Notes: generated by a model from the letters alone, not told the origin. 40,904 nucleotides of DNA from an uncultured Alphaproteobacteria bacterium (GCA_903902075.1 CAIUTH010000322.1:1-40904); one strand, 5' to 3'; counted from the stretch's first letter, positions 17,302 to 26,253 are shown. Numbers and translations: made by a program.

Positions 17302-18906
17302 TTATGCTGCGGCGGCGGGGGCCGGGGGAAGCGTGACGGTGGCGCGGAATCCTTCGCGCGCGCGGCTGTCCAGTTCCAGCGTTCCGCCATGCAGTTCGGC
17401 AAAGGCCTTGATCAGGGTCAGGCCCAGGCCGGCGCCCTTGGTGTGATGGGCGCCTTCGCCGCGGCCGGCATGCTCGAACGGCTCCAGGATGCGGGCCAGG
17501 TCTTCTCCCGCCACGCCGTCGCCATTGTCTTCCACCGTGACGGTGATGCCCGCTTCGTTGGCGGAAACCGACAAGGTGATCCTGTTGCCGGTGGTAAAGC
17601 TGACGGCATTCTCCATCAGTGCATGCATCATGGCGGTGAAGACCGCTTCATCGGCCTGGACCATCAGGCCCACCGGGCAGCCGCCGGCATCGATCTCGAT
17701 GCCGCGCGCGGCGGCCCGCGACAGGAAGATCTCGCGCATCATCCACAGCACCCCGCCCGCATCCATCGGCGTCAGGCGCAGGTCATAGCGGCCGGCCGAG
17801 ATCTTGGTGAGGTCCATGATCTGGTTGATGATCTTGAGCAGGTTGTCGCCGCCCTGGTGCACCAGCCCGGCATATTCGCGGATCTGGGCGGGCGACATGT
17901 TGTCCGCCAGGGTCGCCATCAGGTCCGAGAAGCCCAGGATGGCATTCAGCGGTGTCTTCAGCTCATGGCCCATGGTGCGCAGAAGCGTGGTCTTTGCGCT
18001 GTTGACGCTGGCACTGGTCTGTTCCAGCCGCTTCGCCAGGTCGGCCAGGTAGGATTGCTGCTTTTCAGCCTGGGCATTGGCATCGGCCAGGGCATGTTCC
18101 TGCTCGCCCAGCGCGGTTTCGGCGCGCACCTTGTCGGTGACATCGGTGAAGATCATCACCCGGCCACCGCTGGGGCTTGCGCGGTCGCGCACCAGATAGG
18201 CTTCGCCCGTGCTGGTGCGGATGGTGGTGGCGCCCGCCGTGTCGCGGTGGCTTTTGAAGCGCCGCTCCAGCCATTTTTCGGGTGTCTCGTCCAGCACGAT
18301 ACGGCCGCTATAGGCGCCCTGCGCAGCGATTTCCGGAAAGGTCTTGCCCATAAGCTGGTCCAGGGACTTCACCCCGCACAGATGGGCGTACAACTCATTC
18401 GCCAGGATCAGCTTGTCGCCCGCGTCAAAGAAGGCGAAGGCTTCCGCCGACAGAGTGACCGCTTCCTGCAGCCGCGCCATCTGGGCGCGGGCGGCGGTGA
18501 CATCGGTCCATATCAGCACGGTGCGGCCACTTTGGTCGCGGCGGGCTTTGATCTCCACCACCCGGTGGCCGGACAGCGGCACGTCCAGCGGCGCGAACTC
18601 GTACTTCTTCAGCTGGCGCAGGCGCCGCGCGATAAAGGGCTTGGCGCCGCCCGCCAGCGCGAAAGCGGCGATCTCCCCGCCTTCGATCTCCAGCCGGATC
18701 AGGTCTTCATAGGTGTGTCCCACCAGAGTCTGGTGCGGCGGGAAGGAGCGGAAGAGGTAATTGAGATGGGCATTGGCATGCACCAGCCGGCCGTCAGCAT
18801 CGAAGATGGTGATGGCGCAACGCAGGCAGTCCAGCGCCGCCAGAAGCGCCGCGGCGTCCTCAGTGTCGTGCGTGTGTGCCAGATGCGCGTGCTGAACCAA
18901 GGCCAT
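17302..18906 (-). CDS. Cytoplasmic PAS-PAS sensor histidine kinase (PleC/DivJ-homologue type)
   Basis: Two PAS-like repeats; H-box MGHELKTPLNAILGFS; ENAVSF, DNGDG, GAGLGL boxes; no TM helix. Confidence 0.92.
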   Translation of the reverse strand: MALVQHAHLAHTHDTEDAAALLAALDCLRCAITIFDADGRLVHANAHLNYLFRSFPPHQTLVGHTYEDLIRLEIEGGEIAAFALAGGAKPFIARRLRQLKKYEFAPLDVPLSGHRVVEIKARRDQSGRTVLIWTDVTAARAQMARLQEAVTLSAEAFAFFDAGDKLILANELYAHLCGVKSLDQLMGKTFPEIAAQGAYSGRIVLDETPEKWLERRFKSHRDTAGATTIRTSTGEAYLVRDRASPSGGRVMIFTDVTDKVRAETALGEQEHALADANAQAEKQQSYLADLAKRLEQTSASVNSAKTTLLRTMGHELKTPLNAILGFSDLMATLADNMSPAQIREYAGLVHQGGDNLLKIINQIMDLTKISAGRYDLRLTPMDAGGVLWMMREIFLSRAAARGIEIDAGGCPVGLMVQADEAVFTAMMHALMENAVSFTTGNRITLSVSANEAGITVTVEDNGDGVAGEDLARILEPFEHAGRGEGAHHTKGAGLGLTLIKAFAELHGGTLELDSRAREGFRATVTLPPAPAAAA

Positions 18907-19168
18907 TCCTGTGCTGGTGACCGTTCGATGCCCGCATACTGGCCAGTTTGCCTTGCGGATTGGTTAGGGTAATGGCCCACACTTGGTGCGGTTTGGTAAC
19001 GGTTTCCCGCCAAGGCCCGAATCGCGGCACTCTGCGGGTGACAAAACGAATCGCGACGCCATTCGGTCAGTTGGCCAATCCTTGTGGAAAACTGAACGGC
19101 GGGCGCCACGCTTCAGATTTCGTTAAGTCTGTGAGACCGACACTGCCTGCGCGAGGCGGCAAAGCTTA

Positions 19169-20884
19169 ATGGCCATTAACACAAGCAGCACTTCTGATCC
19201 CAGGACGCAGCGCCGGCAATTCGTGCTGGTGCAGGCGGCCAAGGCCAGTGTGGGCGTGGCGCTGGGTCTGGCCTTTTTCGGTGTGGCGGGCCGTCCCGAC
19301 CTGGCCGAGGCCATTGCGCTGGCCGGATTGGCGGTGCCCGGCGTGCTGGCGATCCTGGGACTGACCGCTGTGCCGCTGGCGCGGCTGGAACAGATCGGCT
19401 TAGCGGGTTTTGCCGCGTTGATCGGATATCTGGCGCTGCTGACGGGCGGAATGGCATCGCCGCTGGTGGTGTGGTTCGCGCTGGTGCCCGCCGAAGGCGC
19501 ATTGTCGGGCGGCCGCCCGGCGGTGGTGCGCGCAGGCGTGGCGGCGGGTGCGGCGCTCCTGATCGTGGCTTGCGTCCAAGCGCTGGGCCATTTGCCCGCC
19601 TCGCGGCTGACCTATTCGGGCGCGCTGCCGCTTTGGGAAATCTATGCCTGTTCCGTGCTGGCAGCGCTGGTGCAGGCGGTGCTGATAGCCGCCGCTGCCC
19701 AGGATCGCCAGCGCGCCGCCGATGCCGCCGCCGCCGAAGGCGCCGCGATGTACCGTTTCCTCGCCGACAATGCGATGGACCTGATCACCCGCCATTCGCC
19801 GGATGGGCGCATCCGTTTCGCCAGTCCCGCGACGGTCGCGCTGCTGGGGCGGCTGCCCGACGAAATACTGGGCCAGCCGATGCCGGCCATGGTGCATCCC
19901 GACGACCTGGATGCGGTGCAGGCGGCGCTGATGGAATCCAGCTATCACGGCCGCGCTGGCAGCGCCGAAGTGCGGCTGCGCCACAAGGACGGCCATTTTG
20001 TGTGGGCGGAAATCCGCTGCCGCCCCGCGCGCGAAATTGCTGGTGAGCCCGCCGACATCGTGGCGGTGACCCGCGACATTTCCGAGCGAAAGCAGCAGGA
20101 AGGGGCGCTGGTGGAAGCGCGCGACGCCGCGCTGGCCGCCAACCGCGCCAAATCGCGCTTCCTGGCAAACATGAGCCATGAACTGCGCACGCCGCTGAAC
20201 GCCATTATCGGTTTTTCCGAAGTGATGACGCGCGAGATGTTCGGACCCGTGGGGCCTCGTTACCAGGAATATTCCCGCCTGATCCATGAATCGGGCGCCC
20301 ATCTGCTGGAGCTGATCAACTCGGTGCTGGACATGTCCAAGATCGAGGCCGGCAAGTTCGAGCTGGCCGAGGAGCTGTTCGACCTGGGTGACACCGCCGA
20401 AAGCGCGGTGCGCTTTTTGAAAATCCCGGCCGAGCGCGCCGGCGTGGCGCTGAAGCTGGACATTGCGGTGAGCGCGCGGCTGGTGTTCGCCGACCGTCGC
20501 GCCATCAAACAGATCCTGGTGAATCTGCTCTCCAACGGCGTGAAATACACCCCGCCCGGCGGCACGGTGAGCGTGACGGCGCGCGCCGAAAAGGGCATCG
20601 AGATCGTGGTGCATGACACCGGCACCGGCATTTCCAAGGCCGACCTGGCGCGTCTGGGCCAGCCCTTTGAACAGGTGGAGAATGCCGAAGTCCGCGCCAA
20701 GGAAGGCACGGGCCTGGGCCTGGCGCTGGTCAAGGCACTGGCGGCGATGCATGGCGGCGAAGCGGCGCTGACCTCGGCGTTGGGCGAAGGCACCACCGTC
20801 ACGGTGCGGTTGCCCAACGCCGCGGTGAACGCCAAGGGCGAGCGTCTGGCCACCAGCAAAGTCCTGCCGTTCCGCGCCGCATAG
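19169..20884 (+). CDS. divJ: Membrane PAS sensor histidine kinase, DivJ-like
   Basis: Multi-TM N-terminus, PAS/PAC, KSRFLANMSHELRTPLNAIIGFSEVM..EMFGP; near DUF5330 and directly upstream of DUF1491 as at rhizobial divJ loci. The kinase call is secure; orthology is inferred. Confidence 0.75.
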   Translation: MAINTSSTSDPRTQRRQFVLVQAAKASVGVALGLAFFGVAGRPDLAEAIALAGLAVPGVLAILGLTAVPLARLEQIGLAGFAALIGYLALLTGGMASPLVVWFALVPAEGALSGGRPAVVRAGVAAGAALLIVACVQALGHLPASRLTYSGALPLWEIYACSVLAALVQAVLIAAAAQDRQRAADAAAAEGAAMYRFLADNAMDLITRHSPDGRIRFASPATVALLGRLPDEILGQPMPAMVHPDDLDAVQAALMESSYHGRAGSAEVRLRHKDGHFVWAEIRCRPAREIAGEPADIVAVTRDISERKQQEGALVEARDAALAANRAKSRFLANMSHELRTPLNAIIGFSEVMTREMFGPVGPRYQEYSRLIHESGAHLLELINSVLDMSKIEAGKFELAEELFDLGDTAESAVRFLKIPAERAGVALKLDIAVSARLVFADRRAIKQILVNLLSNGVKYTPPGGTVSVTARAEKGIEIVVHDTGTGISKADLARLGQPFEQVENAEVRAKEGTGLGLALVKALAAMHGGEAALTSALGEGTTVTVRLPNAAVNAKGERLATSKVLPFRAA

Positions 20885-21000
20885 GCGCGGGCCTTTTGCG
20901 CCGTGGGTCCGTCGCGCGTGCTCACGGGCGTTAAGACGTCCATACGCTGTCGCTATGGACCGCGCGACGCTCCTGCCCACGTCACAAAATCCCTCGCGCC
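20884..21000. repeat. Long imperfect palindrome containing hairpin module copy C (20926-20960)
   Basis: Nested arms GGCGCG/CGCGCC, TTTTG/CAAAA, GTGGG/CCCAC, GTCGCGCG/CGCGCGAC around GTCCATA-CGCTGTCGC-TATGGAC. Confidence 0.8.
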
Positions 21001-21030
21001 CGTGCCGCGAAATTGGGTTACAAAATGCCC

Positions 21031-21369
21031 ATGGAAGCAACGCCGCGCCTTAAAGCCGGGATATTCGTGCGCGCCCTGACGCGCCGTACCGAAGTGGCGG
21101 GCGCTGCGGCCTTTGTCGTGCGCATGGGTTCGGAAGAAGCCGGCGCCGTCATCCTGCGCATCAATCGGCTGGACGGCACGGTCCTGGTGCTGAACCAGAC
21201 GCGCGACGGCCTGGGCCGGCTGGTCTGGGCCCAGCCCCTGGGCAGCTGGACCGACGAGAAGCGTGCCGGCGAATGGTGTGACAAACAGGTGAAGTGCGAT
21301 CCGGATCTGTGGATCGTGGAAGTCGAGGACCGGCAGGGCCGCGCTTTTGTGGACGAGCCGATCGTGTAG
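21031..21369 (+). CDS. DUF1491 family protein
   Basis: PRLKAGIFVRAL.RR...G..EAGAV, DPDLWIVEVEDRQGR; alternative start at 21025. Confidence 0.88.
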   Translation: MEATPRLKAGIFVRALTRRTEVAGAAAFVVRMGSEEAGAVILRINRLDGTVLVLNQTRDGLGRLVWAQPLGSWTDEKRAGEWCDKQVKCDPDLWIVEVEDRQGRAFVDEPIV

Positions 21370-21407
21370 GTTGCATCCGGCGGCGCGGTCAGAGGCCAAT
21401 CACGCAC

Positions 21408-21941
21408 ATGACACAGCAACAACTGATCCAGACCTTCCTTCCCATCCTGATCCTGTTGCCGGTGCTGTATTTCCGCATGCGCCGCATGAGCCGGGCGCAG
21501 CCCCTGAAACTGAATCGGCTATGGATCCGCCCCGCCATCATCCTGGCTGTGGTGGCGCTGGTGCTGCTCGCGCCGCAGCCCCATCAGGCCGTGCGCCATT
21601 TCGCAGGCGTGGACTGGGCCTGGCTGGCGGTCGCGGCCGGGATCGGCGCAGTGGGCGGCTGGTATTGGGGCCGTACCATGGCGATCGAGGTGCATCCCGA
21701 GGACGGCACCTTGATGGTCACGGGCGGGCAGGCGGCCCTGCTGGTGCTGGGCGTGCTGATCCTGCTGCGGCTGGGCCTGCGCACCGGGCTGGCAGTGGAA
21801 GGCCAGGCCATGCATCTGGACGTGCTGCTGATCTCGGATGCCTCCATCGTGTTCACCGCGGCGCTGTTCACGGTCCGCGCCATCGAGATGTACATCCGGG
21901 CGCAGCGGGTGATGGCATCCTCTCAAAAGACTGTGGCTTAA
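21408..21941 (+). CDS. CcdC/DUF1453-like membrane protein
   Basis: Five hydrophobic helices; R.R......L....LWIRP and GA.GG...GR motifs. Confidence 0.75.
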   Translation: MTQQQLIQTFLPILILLPVLYFRMRRMSRAQPLKLNRLWIRPAIILAVVALVLLAPQPHQAVRHFAGVDWAWLAVAAGIGAVGGWYWGRTMAIEVHPEDGTLMVTGGQAALLVLGVLILLRLGLRTGLAVEGQAMHLDVLLISDASIVFTAALFTVRAIEMYIRAQRVMASSQKTVA

Positions 21942-21983
21942 GTTCCGGTTGCCGGGACGGGCGGGGCCTGCTAACCCCCGGCC

Positions 21984-23531
21984 ATGAGCCGTACCCCCGC
22001 CAGCGAAGCCGCACGCCGCCGCACCTTCGCCATCATCTCCCATCCCGACGCGGGCAAGACCACCTTGACCGAGCACCTGCTTTTGCTGGGCGGTGCCATC
22101 CATGCCGCAGGCCGGGTGAAGGCGCGCGGCGAGGCCCGCCGCGCCAAGTCCGACTGGATGAAGATCGAGCAGGAACGCGGTATCTCGGTCACCTCGGCGG
22201 TGATGACGTTCGAATACCAGGACGCGGTGTTCAACCTGCTGGACACGCCGGGCCATGAAGATTTTTCCGAAGACACCTACCGCACCCTGACGGCGGCGGA
22301 TTCGGCGGTGATGGTGATCGACGCCGCCAAGGGCATAGAAGCCCAGACTCGCAAGCTGTTCGAAGTCTGCCGGCTGCGCGACATCCCCATCATGACCTTC
22401 GTCAACAAGATGGACCGCGAAGCGCGCGATCCCTTCGAACTGCTGGACGAGATTTCCGACCAGCTGCAGATCGAGACCGCGCCAATGATGTGGCCGGCCG
22501 GCATGGGCCTGAACTTCAAGGGCATCCAGGATCTGAACAAAGACAACTTCATTCCCTTCAATGACGGCAAGCTGGACGCCGAATTGAAGGCCAAGCTGGA
22601 CGAAGATGTGAGCCTGGCGCGCGAGGGGTTGCCGCGCTTTGACCTGGCCACTTATCGCGAGGGGCACCTGTCGCCGGTTTATTTCGGCAGCGCCTTGAAA
22701 AATTTCGGCGTTGCGCAGCTTCTGGATGCGCTGACCGAATATGCGCCCTCGCCGCGCGCCCAGGCGGCGGTCGGCCGCGCCGCCGAACCGGGCGACAAGG
22801 AAGTCACCGGCTTTGTCTTCAAGGTGCAGGCCAACATGGACCCCAATCACCGCGACCGGGTGGCGTTTTTACGCCTGGCCTCGGGCGAGTTCCGCCGCAA
22901 CATGAAGCTGAAACAGTCAGGCACCGGCAAGACCATCGGCGTGCACAATCCCATCCTGTTCTTCGCCAGTGAACGCGAAACGGTGGACGAGGCCTGGCCC
23001 GGCGACATTATCGGCATTCCCAATCACGGCGTGCTGCGCGTCGGCGATACCCTGTCGGAATCGGGCAATGTGGTGTTCACCGGCATTCCGAACTTCGCGC
23101 CGGAAATCCTGCGCCGGGTTCGCCTGTCCGATCCCATGAAGCAGAAGCATCTGGCGCGCGCACTGGAGAGTCTGGCGGAAGAAGGCGTCACCCAGGTATT
23201 CAAGCCGGCCATCGGTTCGCAATGGATCGTCGGTGTGGTGGGCGCGCTGCAGCTGGACGTGCTCAAGTCGCGTCTGGTAGCCGAATACGACCTGGACGCC
23301 GAACTGGAAGCTTCGCCTTACGACGCCGCCCGCTGGTTGGCGGGCAGTGAGGCTGAGCTGGAGAAATTCTCAAACGCCAACAAGGGCGGCATGGCGACCG
23401 ACCGCGACGGCGCCCCGGTGTTCCTGTCCAAGAGCGCCTGGGAAATCGGCTATGTCGCCGAACGCTTTCCGAATGTGAAGTTCTTGAAGACCAGAGAGCG
23501 CCACGAAGTTAACGCCGAGAACATCGGCTAA
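21984..23531 (+). CDS. prfC: Peptide chain release factor 3
   Basis: RRTFAIISHPDAGKTTLTE, SDWM.IE.ERGISV, LLDTPGHEDFSEDTYR, NKMDR, FKVQANMDPNHRDR. Confidence 0.99.
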   Translation: MSRTPASEAARRRTFAIISHPDAGKTTLTEHLLLLGGAIHAAGRVKARGEARRAKSDWMKIEQERGISVTSAVMTFEYQDAVFNLLDTPGHEDFSEDTYRTLTAADSAVMVIDAAKGIEAQTRKLFEVCRLRDIPIMTFVNKMDREARDPFELLDEISDQLQIETAPMMWPAGMGLNFKGIQDLNKDNFIPFNDGKLDAELKAKLDEDVSLAREGLPRFDLATYREGHLSPVYFGSALKNFGVAQLLDALTEYAPSPRAQAAVGRAAEPGDKEVTGFVFKVQANMDPNHRDRVAFLRLASGEFRRNMKLKQSGTGKTIGVHNPILFFASERETVDEAWPGDIIGIPNHGVLRVGDTLSESGNVVFTGIPNFAPEILRRVRLSDPMKQKHLARALESLAEEGVTQVFKPAIGSQWIVGVVGALQLDVLKSRLVAEYDLDAELEASPYDAARWLAGSEAELEKFSNANKGGMATDRDGAPVFLSKSAWEIGYVAERFPNVKFLKTRERHEVNAENIG

Positions 23532-24088
23532 GCGGCCTGCTGGCCTTCGCGCCAGCCGCGCAGGACGCGGGTGGCTTCGCTCATCGGCACGGTGTCATAG
23601 GCATCCAGCACGGCAAAGGCATGGGCGCGGTCGCGGCCCGGGCGGACCAGCAAGGCCAGCGCCGAAAACGTCGCGCGTTCGATGTTGGCGCCCTTGCAGG
23701 CCACCGCCAGCGCGGCGCCGCTTTCATCGTCCAGTATTTGCACCACCATCGTGTCGTCCACGCCCAGGCTCTGCGCCAGGGCATCGTGCAGGCCTTCGCC
23801 GCGGCGGGCGGCATCAATCAGGGCCTGCGCCGTGGATTCACGCGGCAGCACGCGCCCGGACAGTTCGGGATCGGAATAGAGTTGTACGCGCAGGCGGGCG
23901 CGGGTGGCCGGATCGACATCGCGGGCCGCCTTGGCCAGCAAGACCTCGCACACACCGCGCATGCTGTCGGGATAATCGGACGGCCAGGCGGTGAGCAGTT
24001 CGGCCACTTCCTCGGCCAAAGCGGCGCGCAGGGCCGGGCCCTGGTCGGCCAGTTGCAGCAGGTGGGAAAGCTTTTGCGAAGCAGCCAT
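23528..24088 (-). CDS. Short DUF2336-like protein (186 aa)
   Basis: LL.LA...R..LA..V.EL N-terminus; LA..LG.D...V..IL.D.SG..LAVACK and A.RVLR.WR C-terminus. Confidence 0.7.
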   Translation of the reverse strand: MAASQKLSHLLQLADQGPALRAALAEEVAELLTAWPSDYPDSMRGVCEVLLAKAARDVDPATRARLRVQLYSDPELSGRVLPRESTAQALIDAARRGEGLHDALAQSLGVDDTMVVQILDDESGAALAVACKGANIERATFSALALLVRPGRDRAHAFAVLDAYDTVPMSEATRVLRGWREGQQAA

Positions 24089-24164
24089 GGCGATATCCTT
24101 TGCAAGGACATGCTGGCGCATCACTCTTAACGTTTCGTTTGTCGGATGCTTAACAGGAAGTAAA

Positions 24165-25331
24165 TTAGCCGATGACCGCCCAGGCGTCCGGATAATAGCC
24201 ATTGAACGGCGAGCGCGACGACACGGTGTAGGCGCCCATCGCGCCGAACAGCACGTAATCGCCATTGGCGATGCTGTCGGGCAGCAGCACCGGGCGCGGC
24301 AGCACATCGGCGCTATCGCAGGTGGGGCCATAGGCGCGGAAGGGTCGCTTCTCGCCGCTCAGCAGCTTGGCCTTGCCGCGCGGGTCCAGGCTGATGGCGG
24401 TGGGCGGATAATCCTCGTCAAAGCTGATGAAGCGCTGTTCGTCGAAGCTGCCATAGATGCCGTCATTCATGTACAGCCGGTCGCCGCGGCGCATGACCAC
24501 CTGGGTCACCAGCGAAATGCCCGGCGCGCACAAGGCGCGGCCCGGCTCGCACATGATGTTCAGCTTGGCCGGCCCCAGCGTGTTCAGGGCTTCCTTGATC
24601 ATGTCGAAATACCAGTGATAGGGCGGCGGCTCCTGTCCCGAATAGGCAGCCGGAAATCCGCCGCCGATATCCAGCGCCGCGATTTCCACCCCCGACAGGG
24701 CGATGGTGCGCTGGGCGATCTCGATCGCCTGGGCATAGGAAAAGGGCGACAGGCATTGCGACCCGACATGGAAGGTCAGGCAGGGCGCCGCGCCGGCCAC
24801 CCGCACGCGCTTCAGCAGCTTGGCGGCTTCCTCGGGCCGGCAGCCATACTTGCTGGACATTTCCAGCAGCGCGCCGCCCAGCTGCGCCACCAGCCGTACG
24901 AACACGCGCAGCTTCGCTGGCTTGCCGGTCTCGGCCAAAAGCTTGTCCAGCTCCGCGGCGCTGTCGACGACAAAGTCGGTGACGCCGTGTTTCTCGAAGG
25001 CCGCTTTGGCCTGGCCCGGCAGGCGCACCGGCGCCATGAAATGGCAGATGGCATCGGGGAACAGGTTTTTGACCGCCTCGATCTCGCCCAGGCTGGCGGT
25101 ATCGAAATGGCGGATGCCGGCATTCCACAGATTTGTGATGGCGATCGGGTGCGGATTGGCCTTCACCGCGTAAAGAACATCGCCCGGAAACCCGTCCAGG
25201 AACTGCTTGGCAGCGCCGGCGATTTTGTCGGGATGCACCAGGTACAGCGGCTCGGTCGGCTTGAGGCTTTCGATCGCCTTCAGGGCGGTCGCAAAGCGTG
25301 GCAGGGCGTCGAAGCGGGTTGGCGCGTTCAT
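24165..25331 (-). CDS. Ornithine/lysine decarboxylase (type III PLP fold)
   Basis: YAVKAN (PLP Lys), FDTAS, FHVGSQ, DIGGGFP, EPGR, GPTCDSAD, GAY. Confidence 0.95.
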   Translation of the reverse strand: MNAPTRFDALPRFATALKAIESLKPTEPLYLVHPDKIAGAAKQFLDGFPGDVLYAVKANPHPIAITNLWNAGIRHFDTASLGEIEAVKNLFPDAICHFMAPVRLPGQAKAAFEKHGVTDFVVDSAAELDKLLAETGKPAKLRVFVRLVAQLGGALLEMSSKYGCRPEEAAKLLKRVRVAGAAPCLTFHVGSQCLSPFSYAQAIEIAQRTIALSGVEIAALDIGGGFPAAYSGQEPPPYHWYFDMIKEALNTLGPAKLNIMCEPGRALCAPGISLVTQVVMRRGDRLYMNDGIYGSFDEQRFISFDEDYPPTAISLDPRGKAKLLSGEKRPFRAYGPTCDSADVLPRPVLLPDSIANGDYVLFGAMGAYTVSSRSPFNGYYPDAWAVIG

Positions 25332-25375
25332 GGTTTGGCGTTTTGGGCCTTCGGGGGCTTTCACGCAAGAAGTTT

Positions 25376-25475
25376 TCCCCACCGGCTTTCGCTGGCTCGA
25401 GAGCCGTCCCTACGCTGTCGCTAGGGACCGGCCACCTCCCCATGCAAGCGCGCTTTCAGCGCGCGCTTGGGAGGA
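25376..25475. repeat. About 100-nt palindromic REP-like element, copy B, containing the hairpin module at 25394-25429
   Basis: Second copy of 16191-16291; same 96-nt distance between matching anchors; the distal hairpin differs in sequence but still pairs. Confidence 0.9.
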
Positions 25476-25479
25476 ATTA

Positions 25480-25505
25480 GGCTGCGCACGCGGGCGCAGC
25501 CTTTT
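25480..25505 (+). terminator. Hairpin with a short U-tract on the plus strand
   Basis: GGCTGCGC-ACGCGG-GCGCAGCC-TTTT. Confidence 0.5.
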
Positions 25506-25521
25506 CATGACAGTTTGATTG

Positions 25522-26253
25522 CTATTGCGGGGATGCCGGCGGGGGCATGTCCCCCATCGGGCCGTGATCCATCGGGCCTCTGCCCGAGCCCATGCCGTGA
25601 TGACGGCCGCCCATCATACCCATCATCATGCCCATGCGTCCGGCCATGGCACGCATGGCGGCCTGGCCGAACTCCTGCTTCTGTTCGGAACTGAGCGAAG
25701 CATAGAGGGCGCCCAGGGACGGACGCTCCGCATCGATGTCGGACAGGCGGCGCTTGAGCATGGTTTCTTCCATGTTCAACCGGGCCATCATATCGCGGCG
25801 CTGGCCGGACTCGTGGCGTTCGCGGGTGGCGCAGTCACCGGCATGCTGCTTGGCGATTTGCAGGCTTGTCTGTTTCCAGCGCGCGAACAGAGGTTCCTGG
25901 CTGGCGGTGAGCGACAATTTGGTTTCCAGGAAAGCCAGCTCGCCGACCTTGTGGGCATACATGTCCTGGCACATCTGGCCGCGGGCCATCATGCGGTCTT
26001 CCATGCCTTCTCGCATTCCTGGCGGCGGTCCGGGGGGCGGCCCAGCTTCGGAGCGGGCGCTGCCGCTGTCACCGGGAGCCAGCTGCGCGATCATCATCGG
26101 TTTGCGCGCGGCGGCGCCGGCATCGCTGCCGATCAGGGCGAGCATCATCGGCTTGGCGGCCTGGGCGGCATGGGCACTGGTGGCAATCAGGGCGACGGTG
26201 GCCGCGCCGCACAGGGCGAGGCTGGCGACCATGGGGAGAAGGGCTTTGCGCAT
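25522..26253 (-). CDS. Spy/CpxP-like (LTXXQ) periplasmic protein with a Met-rich tail
   Basis: Signal peptide; LSLTASQ and LYASLSSEQK motifs; RBS GAAGGA. Confidence 0.85.
   Translation of the reverse strand: MRKALLPMVASLALCGAATVALIATSAHAAQAAKPMMLALIGSDAGAAARKPMMIAQLAPGDSGSARSEAGPPPGPPPGMREGMEDRMMARGQMCQDMYAHKVGELAFLETKLSLTASQEPLFARWKQTSLQIAKQHAGDCATRERHESGQRRDMMARLNMEETMLKRRLSDIDAERPSLGALYASLSSEQKQEFGQAAMRAMAGRMGMMMGMMGGRHHGMGSGRGPMDHGPMGDMPPPASPQ

Noticed and set aside
19166-19179. TTAA-N6-TTAA as a canonical CtrA site
   Set aside because: The spacer is 6 nt, not 7; noted only as a palindrome.
24463-25443. 326-aa same-strand alternative-frame ORF starting in repeat B (possible leader peptide or frameshift)
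   Set aside because: Arg/Pro/Gly-rich composition typical of off-frame GC-rich sequence; the decarboxylase has its own complete frame and ATG.
25376-25475. Annotation as a bona fide speF leader or riboswitch
   Set aside because: A near-identical copy lies in an unrelated lipoprotein gene and I cannot run the covariance model; kept only as an alternative hypothesis.
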